Positions 20,285 to 33,792 are shown, counted from the stretch's first letter. The stretch: 64,000 bases of DNA from Mantamonas sphyraenae STR306 (GCA_026936335.1 JAPMXV010000069.1:256213-320212); one strand, 5' to 3'. The notes: a model not told the origin generated them from the letters alone. Made by a program: numbers and translations.

Positions 20285-22030
20285 ATGTACTTTGAAGGTA
20301 GGTAGAGAGGATGGATGGGGAACGAGAGGGAGAGACTGGTGGTGGGGTGGGGGGGGGGTGGCCGCGAAGTGACCCGCGGATGTGCCCGGAGACAGCTGCT
20401 TCCCGTTCACTCACACCAGGCAAAGCAGACACAACAACCTCACGGGAGATGGTTGACTGGGTGAAACTGCTGCAGAGCGGGGATCACGCACAGATTTGCC
20501 GCGCACTGGAGGCTGAGGGAGAGGTGGGCTGGAATGCAGTGATGTGCGGCGTGGAGAAGAAGCGGGTGGTGAAGGGCAACAAGGGAGAGTGTGCTGACAC
20601 ATGAACCTCAGGTGTTGCCTATGGTGGGTGTGATTGGAGGTGACGACGCGACACGAGCGCTGGCCGAGGCACTGAGTGAGAACAGCAGCGTGCAGACCGT
20701 GTGCCTCGACTGCAACAACATCGGATCAGAAGGAGCGGCAGCACTGGCGCAGGCACTGAATGTGAACAGCAGCTTGCAGACCCTGTACCTCAATGACAAC
20801 AGCATCGGGGACAAAGGAGCAGCTGCACTGGCGCAAGCACTGAGAAAGAACAGCAGCTTGCAGACCCTGTACCTCGATGACAACAGCATCGGGGACAAAG
20901 GAGCAGCTGCACTGGCGCAAGCACTGAGAAAGAACAGCAGCTTGCAGACCCTGGACCTCAGCTACAACGACATTAGAGACAAAGGAGCAACAGCACTGGC
21001 GCAGGGACTGAGAAAGAACAGCAACTTGCAGACACTGGACCTCGGCGGCAACGAGATCGGATCAGAAGGCGCAGCAGCACTGGCGGAGGCACTGAGTGAG
21101 AACAGCAGCGTGCACACCGTGTTCCTCTCCGAAAACGAGATCGGATCAGAAGGAGCGACAGCACTGGCGCAGGCACTGAATGTGAACAGCATCTTGCAGA
21201 CACTGGACCTCAGCAACAACGACATTAGAGACAAAGGAGCAACAGCACTGGCGCAGGGACTGAGAAAGAACAGCAACTTGCAGACACTGGACCTCGGCAG
21301 CAACGAGATCGGATCAGAAGGAACAGCAGCACTGGCGCAGGCACTGAGTACAAGCAGCACCTTGCAGACACTCGAACTCAGCTGGAACAGCATCGGGGCG
21401 GAAGGGGCAGCAGCACTTGCGCAGGGAATGCAAGGCAATCGGTCGTGCTGGAGAATCATGGGTATTCGCAATGATGCGTTGCAGTCGCTGTTGGATCGGA
21501 ACATGAAGCAGCACGTGGCGTTTGTGGAGTGTGGGGATGTGGAGAAGATGAGAGAGTTGATGGAGTGGGGTGTGCCTGTGGACACGTCTGCAGCGTACTT
21601 GAGTGGGGGTGCGCTGGAGTTAGCAGTGAGGAAAGGTGATGAGGAGATTGTGGAGGTGTTGAGGGAGTGGGGTGCGCATCCAACGATGGAAACGGTGTAT
21701 ATGGTGAGGAAGAAAGGGTGGAGAAAGGCGTGGCATTGGATTGGATGGGGTGAACAGGTGGATGGGGCGATCGAGACGGCGCTGGTGATGAACGGGGAGG
21801 AGAGAGAGATGATGTTTGCGTGTGGTGGAATGGACGAGTACGTGGAGGAGACAGGATGGGAAAGGTGGGTGACACTGCCGGATGAGGTGATGGAGAGGGT
21901 GATTGGGTGGGTGGGGAGGGGTGCCACACCGGCGAGGGTGGCTGTGGGGAGGACGGGCGAGACGAGGAAGCGCGAGAGAGATGAAGAGGAAGAGGACGTG
22001 GAAAAGCGGCAGCGTGTGGAGGAGGAGTGA
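20285..22030 (+). CDS. LRR-ANK-F-box-like protein 1; join(20449..20523,20612..22030), possible upstream exon (20285..20297 spliced to 20420)
   Basis: Exon MVDWVKLLQSGDHAQICRALEAEGE, then intron GTGGGC..CTGAC..CAG in frame with 28-aa repeats NSSLQTLxLxxNxIGDKGAAALAQAL. Ankyrin-like GALELAVRKGDEEIVEVLREWGA; C-terminal WVTLPDEVMERVIGWV; basic tail RKRERD..VEKRQRVEEE. Confidence 0.88.
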
Positions 22031-22129
22031 ACACTTGGGTGTGATCAGCAGGAAATAGACGGCCTTCCGTCCCATGTAGATTGGGGCGGACTGATCCAAC
22101 CGCACACTCACAACGGGCAGAAGGACGCC

Positions 22130-22320
22130 ATTCGCCCGCTGGAGATGGATACAATAGATAGATGGAAGTGCTGACACCCGGGGCAACCAGAAGAGCATTG
22201 AGGACAACGGTAGCCCACAGAACAGCGCCCTGAAGACACTGCTGCCCAGAGGAGCAGCGTCGGGGACTTGGGCAGCACCTGGCCCTGGCGATGCAAAGCA
22301 ATCGATGGAAAGCAAAAACG
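22130..22320 (+). pseudogene. Collapsed LRR-gene relic in the spacer (also at ~24690-24880 and ~27245-27470)
   Basis: Fragments of exon 1 (CTGGAGATGGATAGTTGGATAGA at ~27250), branch point GTGCTGAC, CAGAACAGCGCCCTGAAGACACTGCTG (QNSALKTLL) and GCGATGCAAAGCAATCGA (AMQSNR). Confidence 0.6.
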
Positions 22321-23154
22321 AGCATACCGGGTCGCAGTGACGCGCGGATGGAGGCCATACCCACCGCATTCCTGAACGCAATCGATGAACAAAATCCGAT
22401 GTTCCCCCTCCCCCCCTTCCCCCTTCCCCCCCCTTACCCCTGATCATCCAACAACCTCACCCTCCTCTCATCCATCTCAACCCCCACCCCCCTCCACTTC
22501 TCATCGTCGATGCCCCGCCGGCGCCGGTGTCCACAGCAAGCATCCGCGCCCACGCGTGCTGCAACGCAACAGCAACCGATGTCGTGAGTGCCTTGTCCCA
22601 GCCATGTGGGATGGACATAGGTTGCGGAGGCGTTTAAGTGAGCCGCAGCAGCCTCTGGGGTGGGTGCGCCTGTCAAAGCACGACAAACACAACTGACGCA
22701 CCGACGGACAAAGTGGGTTGATGCCATAGTGGATGTCTCGCTTTGGCGATGGTGGTTGGTGGGTGGGCGGGTGGTGGGGTGGGGGGGGGGTGCGCCATCA
22801 ACCAGCTTCTTCCGTGTTTGCAGAAGGAAGGAGAGCGGTGTGCCCAACAGCCTGGTCACGGGAACGTCGTGCCCCCCCCCCCCCTCTCCCTCGCTGGCAT
22901 CAGGTAGTCCGCAAACAATGGGACGTCGGAGCTTGGAGGGCAGGGGTGGGCCTGGCACGCGCCGCAGCATCCAACGCATCTAACAACCAACACATCCTCA
23001 CAGAGATGTACTTTGAAGGTAGGTAGAGAGGACGGATGGGGAACGGGAGGGAGAGACTGGTGGTGGGGTGGGGGGGTGTGGGGGGGGGGGGCGCGAAGTG
23101 ACCCGACCCGGAGACAGCTGTGCACGCGCGCTCACATCGGGCAAAGCGGACGAT

Positions 23155-24589
23155 ATGAGCTCTGGCTGCGATGGAGAGGATCATTGGCTGCCACTGCTGC
23201 AGAGCGGGGATCACGCACAGATTTGCCGCGCACTGGAGGCTGAGAGAAAGGTGGGCTGGAATGCAGTGATGTGCGGCGTGGAGAAGAAGCGGGTGGTGAA
23301 GGGCAACAAGGGAGAGTGTGCTGACACATGAACCTCAGTTGTTGTATATGCTGGGTGTGATTGGAGGTGACGACGCGACACGAGCGCTGGCCGAGGCACT
23401 GAGTGTGAACAGCAACTTGACGGTACTGCTGCTTGATGAGTGCTTGTTCGGTGACAAAGGAGCAGCAGCACTGGCGGAGGCACTGTGTGAGAACAGCAGT
23501 GTGCAAACCGTGTACCTCAATGTCAACAGCATCGGGGACAAAGGAGCAGCTGCACTGGCGCAAGCACTGAGAAAGAACAGCACCTTGCAGGAACTGATCC
23601 TCAGACACAACAGCATTGGGGACAAAGGAGCAACGGCGCTGGCGGAGGCACTGAGTGTGAACAGCACCTTGCAGTCACTGGGCCTCAATGACAACAGCAT
23701 TGGGGACAAAGGAGCAGCAGCACTGGCGCAGGCACTGAGTACAAGCAGCACCTTGCAGACCCTGTACCTCGGTGACAACAGCATCGGGGACAAAGGAGCA
23801 ACGGCGCTGGCGCAGGCACTGAGTGAGAACAGCAGCTTGCAGGAACTGAACCTCAGCCACTTCAGCATTGGGGACAAAGGAGCAGCAGCACTGGCGGAGG
23901 CACTGAGTGTGAACAGCACCTTGCAGTCACTGGACCTCACACGCAACAGTATTGGGGAAGAAGGGGCAGCAGCACTTGCTCAGGCAATGGAAAGCAATCG
24001 GTCCTGCTGGATAATCGACGGCGTTCGCAACGACGCTTTGCAGTCGCTGTTGGATCGGAACTGGAAGCAGCACGAGGCGTTTGTGAAGTGTGGGGATGTG
24101 GAGAAGATGAGAGAGTTGATGGAGTGGGGTGTGCCTGTGGACACGTCTGCAGCGTACTTGAGTGGGGGTGCGCTGGAGTTAGCAGTGAGGAAAGGTGATG
24201 AGGAGATTGTGGAGGTGTTGAGGGAGTGGGGTGCGCATCCAACGATGGAAACGGTGTATATGGTGAGGAAGAAAGGGTGGAGAAAGGCGTGGCATTGGAT
24301 TGGATGGGGTGAACAGGTGGATGGGGCGATCGAGACGGCGCTGGTGATGAACGGGGAGGAGAGAGAGATGATGTTTGCGTGTGGTGGAATGGACGAGTAC
24401 GTGGAGGAGACAGGATGGGAAAGGTGGGTGACACTGCCGGATGAGGTGATGGAGAGGGTGATTGGGTGGGTGGGGAGGGGTGCCACACCGGCGAGGGTGG
24501 CTGTGGGGAGGACGGGCGAGACGAGGAAGCGCGAGAGAGATGAAGAGGAAGAGGACGTGGAAAAGCGGCAGCGTGTGGAGGAGGAGTGA
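23155..24589 (+). CDS. LRR-ANK-F-box-like protein 2; join(23155..23250,23339..24589)
   Basis: Same architecture and phase-0 intron. Two fewer 28-aa repeats than gene 1; identical C-terminal domain. Confidence 0.88.
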
Positions 24590-25705
24590 ACACTTGGGTG
24601 TGATCAGCAGGAAATAGACGGCCTTCCGTCCATGTAGATTGGGGCGGACTGATCCAACCGCACACTCACAACGGGCAGAAGGACGCCATTCGCCCGCTGG
24701 AGATGGATACAATAGATAGATGGAAGTGCTGACACCCGGGGCAACCAGAAGAGCATTGAGGACAACGGTAGCCCACAGAACAGCGCCCTGAAGACACTGC
24801 TGCCCAGAGGAGCAGCGTCGGGGACTTGGGCAGCACCTGGCCCTGGCGATGCAAAGCAATCGATGGAAAGCAAAAACGAGCATACCGGGTCGCAGTGACG
24901 CGCGGATGGAGGCCATACCCACCGCATTCCTGAACGCAATCGATGAACAAAATCCGATGTTCCCCCCTCCCCCCCTTCCCCCTTCCCCCCCCCCTTACCC
25001 CTGATCATCCAACAACCTCACCCTCCTCTCATCCATCTCAACCCCCACCCCCCTCCACTTCTCATCGTCGATGCCCCGCCGGCGCCGGTGTCCACAGCAA
25101 GCATCCGCGCCCACGCGTGCTGCAACGCAACAGCAACCGATGTCGTGAGTGCCTTGTCCCAGCCATGTGGGATGGACATAGGTTGCGGAGGCGTTTAAGT
25201 GAGCCGCAGCAGCCTCTGGGGTGGGTGCGCCTGTCAAAGCACGACAAACACAACTGACGCACCGACGGACAAAGTGGGTTGATGCCATAGTGGATGTCTC
25301 GCTTTGGCGATGGTGGTTGGTGGGTGGGCTGCTGGGGGGTGGCGGGGGGTGCGCCATCAACCAGCTTCTTCCGTGTTTGCAGAAGGAAGGAGAGCGGTGT
25401 GCCCAACAGCCTGGTCACGGGAACGTCGTGCCCCACCTCTCCCTCGCTGGCATCAGGTAGTCCGCAAACAATGGGACGTCGGAGCTTGGAGGGCAGGGGT
25501 GGGCCTGGCACGCGCCGCAGCATCCAACGCATCTAACAACCAACACATCCTCACAGAGATGTACTTTGAAGGTAGGTAGAGAGGACGGATGGGGAACGGG
25601 AGGGAGAGACTGGTGGTGGGGTGGGGGGGGGGGGGGGGGGGGCGCGAAGTGACCCGACCCGGAGACAGCTGTGCACGCGCGCTCACATCGGGCAAAGCGG
25701 ACGAT

Positions 25706-27141
25706 ATGAGCTCTGGCTGCGATGGAGAGGATCATTGGCTGCCACTGCTGCAGAGCGGGGATCACGCACAGATTTGCCGCGCACTGGAGGCTGAGAGAAA
25801 GGTGGGCTGGAATGCAGTGATGTGCGGCGTGGAGAAGAAGCGGGTGGTGAAGGGCAACAAGGGAGAGTGTGCTGACACATGAACCTCAGTTGTTGTATAT
25901 GCTGGGTGTGATTGGAGGTGACGACGCGACACGAGCGCTGGCCGAGGCACTGAGTGTGAACAGCAACTTGACGGTACTGCTGCTTGATGAGTGCTTGTTC
26001 GGTGACAAAGGAGCAGCAGCACTGGCGGAGGCACTGTGTGAGAACAGCAGTGTGCAAACCGTGTACCTCAATGTCAACAGCATCGGGGACAAAGGAGCAG
26101 CTGCACTGGCGCAAGCACTGAGAAAAGAACAGCACCTTGCAGGAACTGATCCTCAGACACAACAGCATTGGGGACAAAGGAGCAACGGCGCTGGCGGAGG
26201 CACTGAGTGTGAACAGCACCTTGCAGTCACTGGGCCTCAATGACAACAGCATTGGGGACAAAGGAGCAGCAGCACTGGCGCAGGCACTGAGTACAAGCAG
26301 CACCTTGCAGACCCTGTACCTCGGTGACAACAGCATCGGGGACAAAGGAGCAACGGCGCTGGCGCAGGCACTGAGTGAGAACAGCAGCTTGCAGGAACTG
26401 AACCTCAGCCACTTCAGCATTGGGGACAAAGGAGCAGCAGCACTGGCGGAGGCACTGAGTGTGAACAGCACCTTGCAGTCACTGGACCTCACACGCAACA
26501 GTATTGGGGAAGAAGGGGCAGCAGCACTTGCTCAGGCAATGGAAAGCAATCGGTCCTGCTGGATAATCGACGGCGTTCGCAACGACGCTTTGCAGTCGCT
26601 GTTGGATCGGAACTGGAAGCAGCACGAGGCGTTTGTGAAGTGTGGGGATGTGGAGAAGATGAGAGAGTTGATGGAGTGGGGTGTGCCTGTGGACACGTCT
26701 GCAGCGTACTTGAGTGGGGGTGCGCTGGAGTTAGCAGTGAGGAAAGGTGATGAGGAGATTGTGGAGGTGTTGAGGGAGTGGGGTGCGCACCCAGGGATGG
26801 AAACTGTGTATATGGTGAGGAAGAAAGGGTGGAGAAAGGCGTGGCATTGGATTGGATGGGGTGAACAGGTGGATGGGGCGATCGAGACGGCGCTGGTGAT
26901 GAACGGGGAGGAGAGAGAGATGATGTTTGCGTGTGGTGGAATGGACGAGTACGTGGAGGAGACAGGATGGGAAGGGTGGGTGACACTGCCGGATGAGGTG
27001 ATGGAGAGGGTGATTGGGTGGGTGGGGAGGGGTGCCACACCGGCGAGGGTCGCTGTGGGGAGGACAGGCGAGACGAGGAAGCGCGAGAGAGATGAGGAGG
27101 AAGAGGACGTGGAGAAGCGGCAGCGTGTGGAGGAGGAGTGA
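25706..27141 (+). pseudogene. LRR-ANK-F-box-like protein 3, near-identical to gene 2, with a +1 frameshift at ~26123 (possibly a sequencing error)
   Basis: join(25706..25801,25890..27141). AGAAAAGAAC here versus AGAAAGAAC in gene 2 splits the ORF into 25869..26243 and 26137..27141. Confidence 0.75.
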
Positions 27142-27918
27142 ACATTTGGGTGTGATCAGCAGGAAATAGACGTCCTTCGGTCCCATGTAGATTGGGGCGG
27201 ACTGATCCAACCGCACACTCACAACGGGCAGAAGGACGCCATTCGCCCGCTGGAGATGGATAGTTGGATAGAACTGCCAAGATTCAGACCGCAACGCCAA
27301 TCGCCATTCGCACAGAGCGTGTGCTGACGCGCGGGGCAACCAGAAGAGCATTGAGGACAACGGTAGCCCACAGAACAGCGCCCTGAAGACACTGCTGCCC
27401 AGAGGAGCAGCGTCGGGGACTTGGGCAGCACCTGGCCCTGGCGATGCAAAGCAATCGATGGAAAGCAAAAACGAGCATACCGGGTCGCAGTGACGCGCGG
27501 ATGGAGGCCATACCCACCGCATTCCTGAACGCAATCGATGAACAGAATCCGATGTTCCCCCCTCCCCCCTTCCCCCCCTTACCCCTGATCATCCAACAAC
27601 CTCACCCTCCTCTCATCCATCTCAACCCCCACCCCCCTCCACTTCTCATCGTCGATGCCCCGCCGGCGCCGGTGGCCACAGCGAGCATCCGCGCCCACGC
27701 GTGCTGTCGTGAGTGGCTTGTCCTGGCCATGTTGGATGGACGGGCGTGCCGGAGGCCTTTACGTGTGTTGCAGCAGCCGCGCGCGTGCGCGTGTCACACC
27801 ACGACAAACACAAACATGTCCCGAAAAGGTGGGTGTCGGTGTGTCGTTTTGGCAATGGTGGTTGGTGGGTTCCCGTGCACTCACACCAGGCAAAGCAGAC
27901 ACAACAACCGCACGGGAG

Positions 27919-29449
27919 ATGCTTGACTGGGTGAAACTGCTGCAGAGAGGGGATCACGCACAGATTTGCAGCGCACTAGAGGCAGTTGGACAGGTAGGGT
28001 TGGAACTGGGACACAGGGTGACGCACGGCAACTGACACGCGGACACGCGGAGCACAGGGGTTGCGTATCAAGCACACGGATCTAGGAGACGGTGGGGCAG
28101 TGGCGCTGGCCAACGCGCTCGAGAAGAACACCAGCTTGCGGACTCTACACCTCACCGTGGACGGCATCGGGGACAAAGGAGTAGCAGCACTGGCACATGC
28201 ACTGAGTGCCAACACCACCTTGCAGAAACTGGTCCTCCAGGAGAACAACTTTGGGGCCGAAGGAGCAGCCGCGCTGGCGCAGGCGCTGAGTATGAACGGC
28301 GCCTTGCACACCCTGGACCTCAACTGGAACAGCATCGGGACAGACGGGGCAGTAGCACTCGCACAGGCGCTGGGTGTAAACACCACCTTGCAGAGACTGG
28401 ACCTCCGAAGCAACAGCATCGCGGACAAAGGAGCAGCAGCACTGGCGCAGGCGCTGAGCGACAACAACAGCAGCTTGCAGGCACTAGACCTCCACATGAA
28501 CAGGATCGGGGCAGAAGGGGCTGCAGCACTGGCGCAGGCACTGAGTGTGAACGGAACGTTGCACACTCTGGACCTCAGCTGGAACAGCGTCGGGGCTGCA
28601 GCAATCGCACAGGCACTGAGTGTGAGCAGTTGCTTGCAAACAGTAGACCTTGCACACAGCAGCATTGGGGCAGAAGGAGCAGCAACACTGGCGCAGGCAC
28701 TCGGTGTGAACAGCACCTTGCAGACACTCGAACTCGGCTGGAACAGGATCGGGGCGGAAGGGGCAGCAGCACTTGCGCAGGGACTGAGGGAGAACAGCAC
28801 CTTGCAGACACTGAGTCTCTGGGACAACCGCATCGGGGACAAAGGAGCAGCAGCACTGGCGCAGGCACTGAGTGAGAACAGCAGCTTGCAGAGACTGTAC
28901 CTCAGCCACAACAGCATTGGGGACAAAGGAGCAACAGCACTGGCGCAGGCCATGAAAGTCAATCGATCGTGCTGGGAGATCCAGGGTGTTCCCGATGACG
29001 CGTTGCAGACCCTGGTGGAGAGAAACAAGAAGCAGCATGCAGAGTTTGTGGAGTGTGGGGATGTGGGGAGGATGAGAGAGTTGAGGGAGTGGGGTGTGCC
29101 CGTGGACACGTTTGCAGGGGATTCTCGCTGGACGCAGACTGCGCTGGAGAGAGCGGTTGAGCGAGGGGAAGAGGGGATTGTGGAGGTGTTGCGAGCGTGG
29201 GGCGCGACGCCAAGGGTGGAAGCCGTGGCGATGGTGAGGAAGGAAGGGTGGAGAAAGGCGTGGCATTGGATTGGGTGGGGTGGACAGGTGGATGAGGCGA
29301 TGGAGGTGGCGTTGGTGATGAACGGGGAGGAGAGGGAGGTGATGTTCGAGTGTGGCGGGATGGAGGCGTACGAACCGACTGCACAGTGGATGACACTGCC
29401 AGATGAGGTGATGGAGAGGGTCGTGCAGTGGGTGGGGAGGCGAGGGTGA
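27919..29449 (+). CDS. LRR-ANK-F-box-like protein 4; join(27919..27993,28058..29449)
   Basis: Exon MLDWVKLLQRGDHAQICSALEAVGQ, intron GTAGGG..CTGAC..CAG, LRRs, TALERAVERGEEGIVEVLRAWGA, WMTLPDEVMERVVQWV. Confidence 0.88.
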
Positions 29450-29828
29450 GACGAGGAAGTGCGAGAAGATGGTGGAGAAAAGGGAGTAGGAGGGTCAGCA
29501 GGAGGAATGGACGTGGATTCGGAGGAAAGCGAGTGTCGCGTGCATGGCCATGTTCTGTGCACTGCCTGTGATGGGAATGTTGATTGCGTCGTTGCACATT
29601 CAGGCGTGTTGGTGGGCAGGCAGCTGGGGCTGCACGCACCGCCGCAAAACAATGGAACGTCGGGCCTTGGAGGGTAAGAGACTTGTCCACCGCAGCAACG
29701 CGTCTAACGACCAGCATATGGCGGATGGAGTCCATGCGAGGTGGAGAGGGAGGGGCAAGGCGGCTGCAGAAAAAGCTGGTTCCCGTGCACTCACACCAGG
29801 CAAAGAAGACACAACAAACTCACTGGAG

Positions 29829-31864
29829 ATGGATAGTTGGATAGATCTGCTGCAGAGCGGAGATCATGAACGGATTTGCAGTGCACTGGAGGCAGAGGGA
29901 GAGGTGGGTTGGGAACGCAGCGCGAATCGCAATTTGCACAGACCGTGTGCTGACACGCGGGGAAGGAGACGAATATTGACGACCGTGTCGAGCTAGAAGA
30001 CAGTGATGCAGCAGCGCTGGCACGGGCCCTGAGCGAGAACAGCACCTTGAAGACACTGCTGCTCGGGGGGAACCGCATCGGGGGAGAAGGGGGAGCAGCA
30101 CTTGCGCAGGCACTGAGTGAGAACAGTTGCTTACAGACACTGTACCTCGACTACAACAGCATCGGGGACATAGGGGCCGCAGCACTGGGGCACGCACTGA
30201 GTGGGAACAACACCTTGCAGACGCAGAGTCTCTTGGGCAACAGCATCGGGAACGAAGGAGCAGCAGCACTGGCGCGGGGACTAGCTCGGAACAACAACTT
30301 ACAGGCCCTGAACCTCAACAGCAACACCATCGGGGCAGAAGGAGCAGCAGCAATGGCACGCGGATTGACGGTGAACAGCAGCTTGCAGACACTGAAACTC
30401 TGGAACAGCAGTATCGAGGATGAAGGAGCAGCAGCACTGGGGCGGGCACTAGCTCAGAACAGAAGCTTGCAGAAACTGAACCTCGGGAACAACTTTGTCG
30501 GGAACGAAGGAGCAGCAGCACTGGCGCAGGGACTAGCTCGGAACAACAACTTACAGACCCTGGACCTCAACAGCAACAACATCGATGCAGAAGGAGCAGC
30601 AGCCCTGGGGCAGGCACTCGCACAGAACAACAGCGTACAGGCCCTGAACCTCAACAGCAACACCATCGGGGCAGAAGGAGCAGCAGCAATGGCACACGGA
30701 TTGAGGGTGAACAGCAGCTTGCAGACACTGGATCTCTGGAACAGCAGTATCGAGGATGAAGGAGCAGCAGCACTGGGGCGGGCACTAGCTCAGAACAGAA
30801 GCTTGCAGAAACTGAACCTCAGGAACAACTTTGTCGGCGGCGAGGGAGCAGCAGCACTGGGGCAGGGACTAGCTCAGAACAGAAGCTTACAGACCCTGGA
30901 ACTCGGCTGGAACAGCATCGGCGCAGAAGGGGCAGCAGCACTGGCACGCGGATTGAATGACAACTGCGTCTTGCAGACACTGACTCTCGGGAAAAACAGC
31001 ATCGGGGACAGAGGAGCAACAGCACTGGCGCAGGGACTGAGTGAGAACCGCAGCTTGCAGAAACTCGTTCTCAGCAACAACAGCATCGGTGCAGAAGGAG
31101 CAGCAGCACTGGGGCATGCGCTGACTGGCAACAGCAGCTTGCAGACACTGAACCTCGCTTTCAACAGAGTTGGGGCTGAAGGAGCAGCAGCACTGGCGCA
31201 GGCGCTGTGCGAGTGCTCCTTGCAGACACTTGATCTCAACGGGAATGGCATTGGGGACAAGGGCGCCGAAGCCCTGGCGCAGGCGCTGAGTGGGAACAGC
31301 AGCTTGCAGACATTGGGCCTCAGGAGCAACAACATTGGGTCAGAAGGAGCAGCAGCACTGACCACGGCAATGCAAGGCAATCGGTCCTGCTGCAGCGTCG
31401 AGGACGTTCACGATGGCACGTTGGAGTCGCTGTTGGAGAGAAACAAGGAGAAGCACGTGGAGTTTATGGAGTGTGGAGATGTGGACAAGATGAGGGAGTT
31501 GAGGGAGTGGGGGGTGCCTGTAGACACATTTGCAGGGGAGAGGGGGAGGAAGACTGCGCTGGAGCGATCAGTGAAGCGAGGGGATGAGAGGATTGTGGAG
31601 GTGTTGCGGGCGTGGGGTGCGACGCCGAGGATGAGAACGGTGGAGATGGTGAGGAGGGAAGGGTGGAGAAAGGCGTGGCATTGGATTGGATGGGGTGGAC
31701 AGGTGGATGAGGCGATCGAGACGGCGTTGGTGATGAATGGGGAGGAGAGGGAGGTGATGTTCGAGTGTGGCGGGATGGAGGGGTATGAGCCGAGTGCACA
31801 GTGGATGACACTTCCGGATGAGGTGATGGAGAGGGTGATTGGGTGGGTGGGGAGGGGAGGGTGA
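29829..31864 (+). CDS. LRR-ANK-F-box-like protein 5; join(29829..29903,29966..31864)
   Basis: Exon MDSWIDLLQSGDHERICSALEAEGE, intron GTGGGT..CTGAC..AAG, ~16 LRRs including internal block duplications. Confidence 0.85.
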
Positions 31865-32085
31865 GACGAGGAAGTGCGAGAAAGATGGTGGAGAAGAGGA
31901 ACAAAGTTTTCTTTGAGGATGGAGCGCAGGAGCAGGCAACCCATCTTGGAGCTGTCACATTCTTGCAGAATCGCAATGTAGGTAGAGTGGGGTGGACAGA
32001 GGACGTGCGGGATGGAGTGGTGGTGGAGAGGGTGGCGGCAGAAAGCAAAGTTGGCGCGCGCTCACAACGGGAAGAGCAGACAACA

Positions 32086-33588
32086 ATGAACTCGTCAAAG
32101 AGGACAGAGTGGTGCAATTTGCTGAAGGCCGGGGATCATGAACGGATTTGCAGCGCACTGGAGGCAGAGGGAGAGGGGAGTGGAGTGCAGAGTGCGCGCG
32201 TGAGCATTGATGGCATGCAGCTAGAAGGCAATGAGGTAGTAGCACTGTCCAAGGCGCTAGCAAAGAACACAAACTTGCAGACACTCGACTTTACCGACAA
32301 CGGCGTCGGGGAGAAAGGAGCAGCAGCGCTGGCGCAGGCCCTGATTGAGAACAGCAGCTTGCAGACGCTGCACCTCGGAAGGAACAGCATCGGTGACCGG
32401 GGAGCAGCAGCGCTGGCGCAGGCACTGAGTGAGAACAGCACCTTGCAGACGGTGTACCTTGGTAGCAACAAATTTGGGGACAAAGGCGCAGCAGCGCTGG
32501 CGCAGGCACTGAGTGAGAACAGCAGCGTGCACACACTGAGCCTCGGCTGGAACAGCATCGGGGCAGAAGGCGCAGCAGCACTGGCACATGCACTGAATGG
32601 AAACTCCAGCTTGCAGACGCTGAAGCTCTGGGGCAATAGCATCGGGGCAGAAGGAGCAGCGGCGCTTGGGCAGGCACTTTGTCAGAACGGCAGCTTGCAG
32701 ACACTGGACCTCACCGACAACAGCATCGGGGCAAAAGGCGCAGCAGCACTGGCGCAAGCATTGAGTGAGAACAGCGGCTTGCATTCCTTGTACTTCAGCC
32801 TCAACGACATCGGGGACGAAGGAGCAGCGGCGCTGGCGCAGGCACTGAGCGAGAACACCTGCATGCAGACACTGTACCTCGAGGGGAACGATATCGGGGC
32901 AAAAGGTGCTGCAGCACTTGCGCAGGGACTGAGGGAGAACAGCGGCTTGCATACACTGAGTCTCTGGGACAACCGCATTGGGGACAAAGGAGCAGCAGCA
33001 CTGGCGCAGGCACTGAGTGCGAACAACAGCGTGCAGACCCTGTACCTCGATGACAACAGCATCGAGACAGAAGGAGCAGAATCTCTTGCTCAGGCGATGA
33101 ATGGCAATCGGTCCTGCTGGAAAGTGTACGGCGTTCGCAATGACGCGTTGCGGTCGCTGGTGGAGAGAAACAAGAAGCAGCATGCAGAGTTTGTGGAGTG
33201 TGGGGATGTGGAAAAGATGAGAGAGTTGAGGGAATGGGGTGTGCCTGTGGACACGTTTGCAGGGGATGGAGGTGAGGAGACTGCGCTGGAGAGAGCGGTT
33301 GAGCGAGGGGAAGAGGGGATTGTGGAGGTGTTGCGGGGTTGGTGTGCGACTCCGAGGATGAGAACGGTGGAGATGGTGAGGAAGTCAGGGTGGAGAAAGG
33401 CGTGGCATTGGATTGGGTGGGGTGGACAAGTGGATGAGGCGATCGAGACGGCGTTGGTGATGAATGAGGAGGAGAGGGAGGTGATGTTTGAGTGTGGCGG
33501 GATGGAGGAGTACGAACCGACCGCACAGTGGATGACACTGCCAGATGAGGTGATGGAGAGGGTCGTGCTGTGGGTGGGGAGACGGTGA
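32086..33588 (+). CDS. LRR-ANK-F-box-like protein 6 (intron reduced to an in-frame remnant)
   Basis: MNSSKRTEWCNLLKAGDHERICSALEAEGE-GSGVQSARVSI-DGMQL reads continuously into the LRRs and conserved C-terminus. Confidence 0.85.
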   Translation: MNSSKRTEWCNLLKAGDHERICSALEAEGEGSGVQSARVSIDGMQLEGNEVVALSKALAKNTNLQTLDFTDNGVGEKGAAALAQALIENSSLQTLHLGRNSIGDRGAAALAQALSENSTLQTVYLGSNKFGDKGAAALAQALSENSSVHTLSLGWNSIGAEGAAALAHALNGNSSLQTLKLWGNSIGAEGAAALGQALCQNGSLQTLDLTDNSIGAKGAAALAQALSENSGLHSLYFSLNDIGDEGAAALAQALSENTCMQTLYLEGNDIGAKGAAALAQGLRENSGLHTLSLWDNRIGDKGAAALAQALSANNSVQTLYLDDNSIETEGAESLAQAMNGNRSCWKVYGVRNDALRSLVERNKKQHAEFVECGDVEKMRELREWGVPVDTFAGDGGEETALERAVERGEEGIVEVLRGWCATPRMRTVEMVRKSGWRKAWHWIGWGGQVDEAIETALVMNEEEREVMFECGGMEEYEPTAQWMTLPDEVMERVVLWVGRR

Positions 33589-33792
33589 CGCACCAACAAG
33601 AGTCCCTGTTGACCTTGATTGACAATTGACAATTGCTGATCTTGACCATCTCACCCGCTCACAGCGTGGATTGCTCACATGGATTCATCCTTGCCATTGT
33701 GTGGATTCCTTTCGTTTGCGTCAGTGCGGGGGAACAACCGCAAACATCTCGCGCTCGCCAAAGCAGGACAAACACCCGACTGACACACCGAG

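Larger units (their letters stand above)
19880..27720. repeat. Tandem triplication of a ~2.55-2.72 kb unit (spacer + LRR gene)
   Basis: GCCATGTGGGATGGACATAGG restarts at ~19882, ~22602 and ~25162, with a diverged start at ~27726; spacers are near-identical. Confidence 0.9.
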
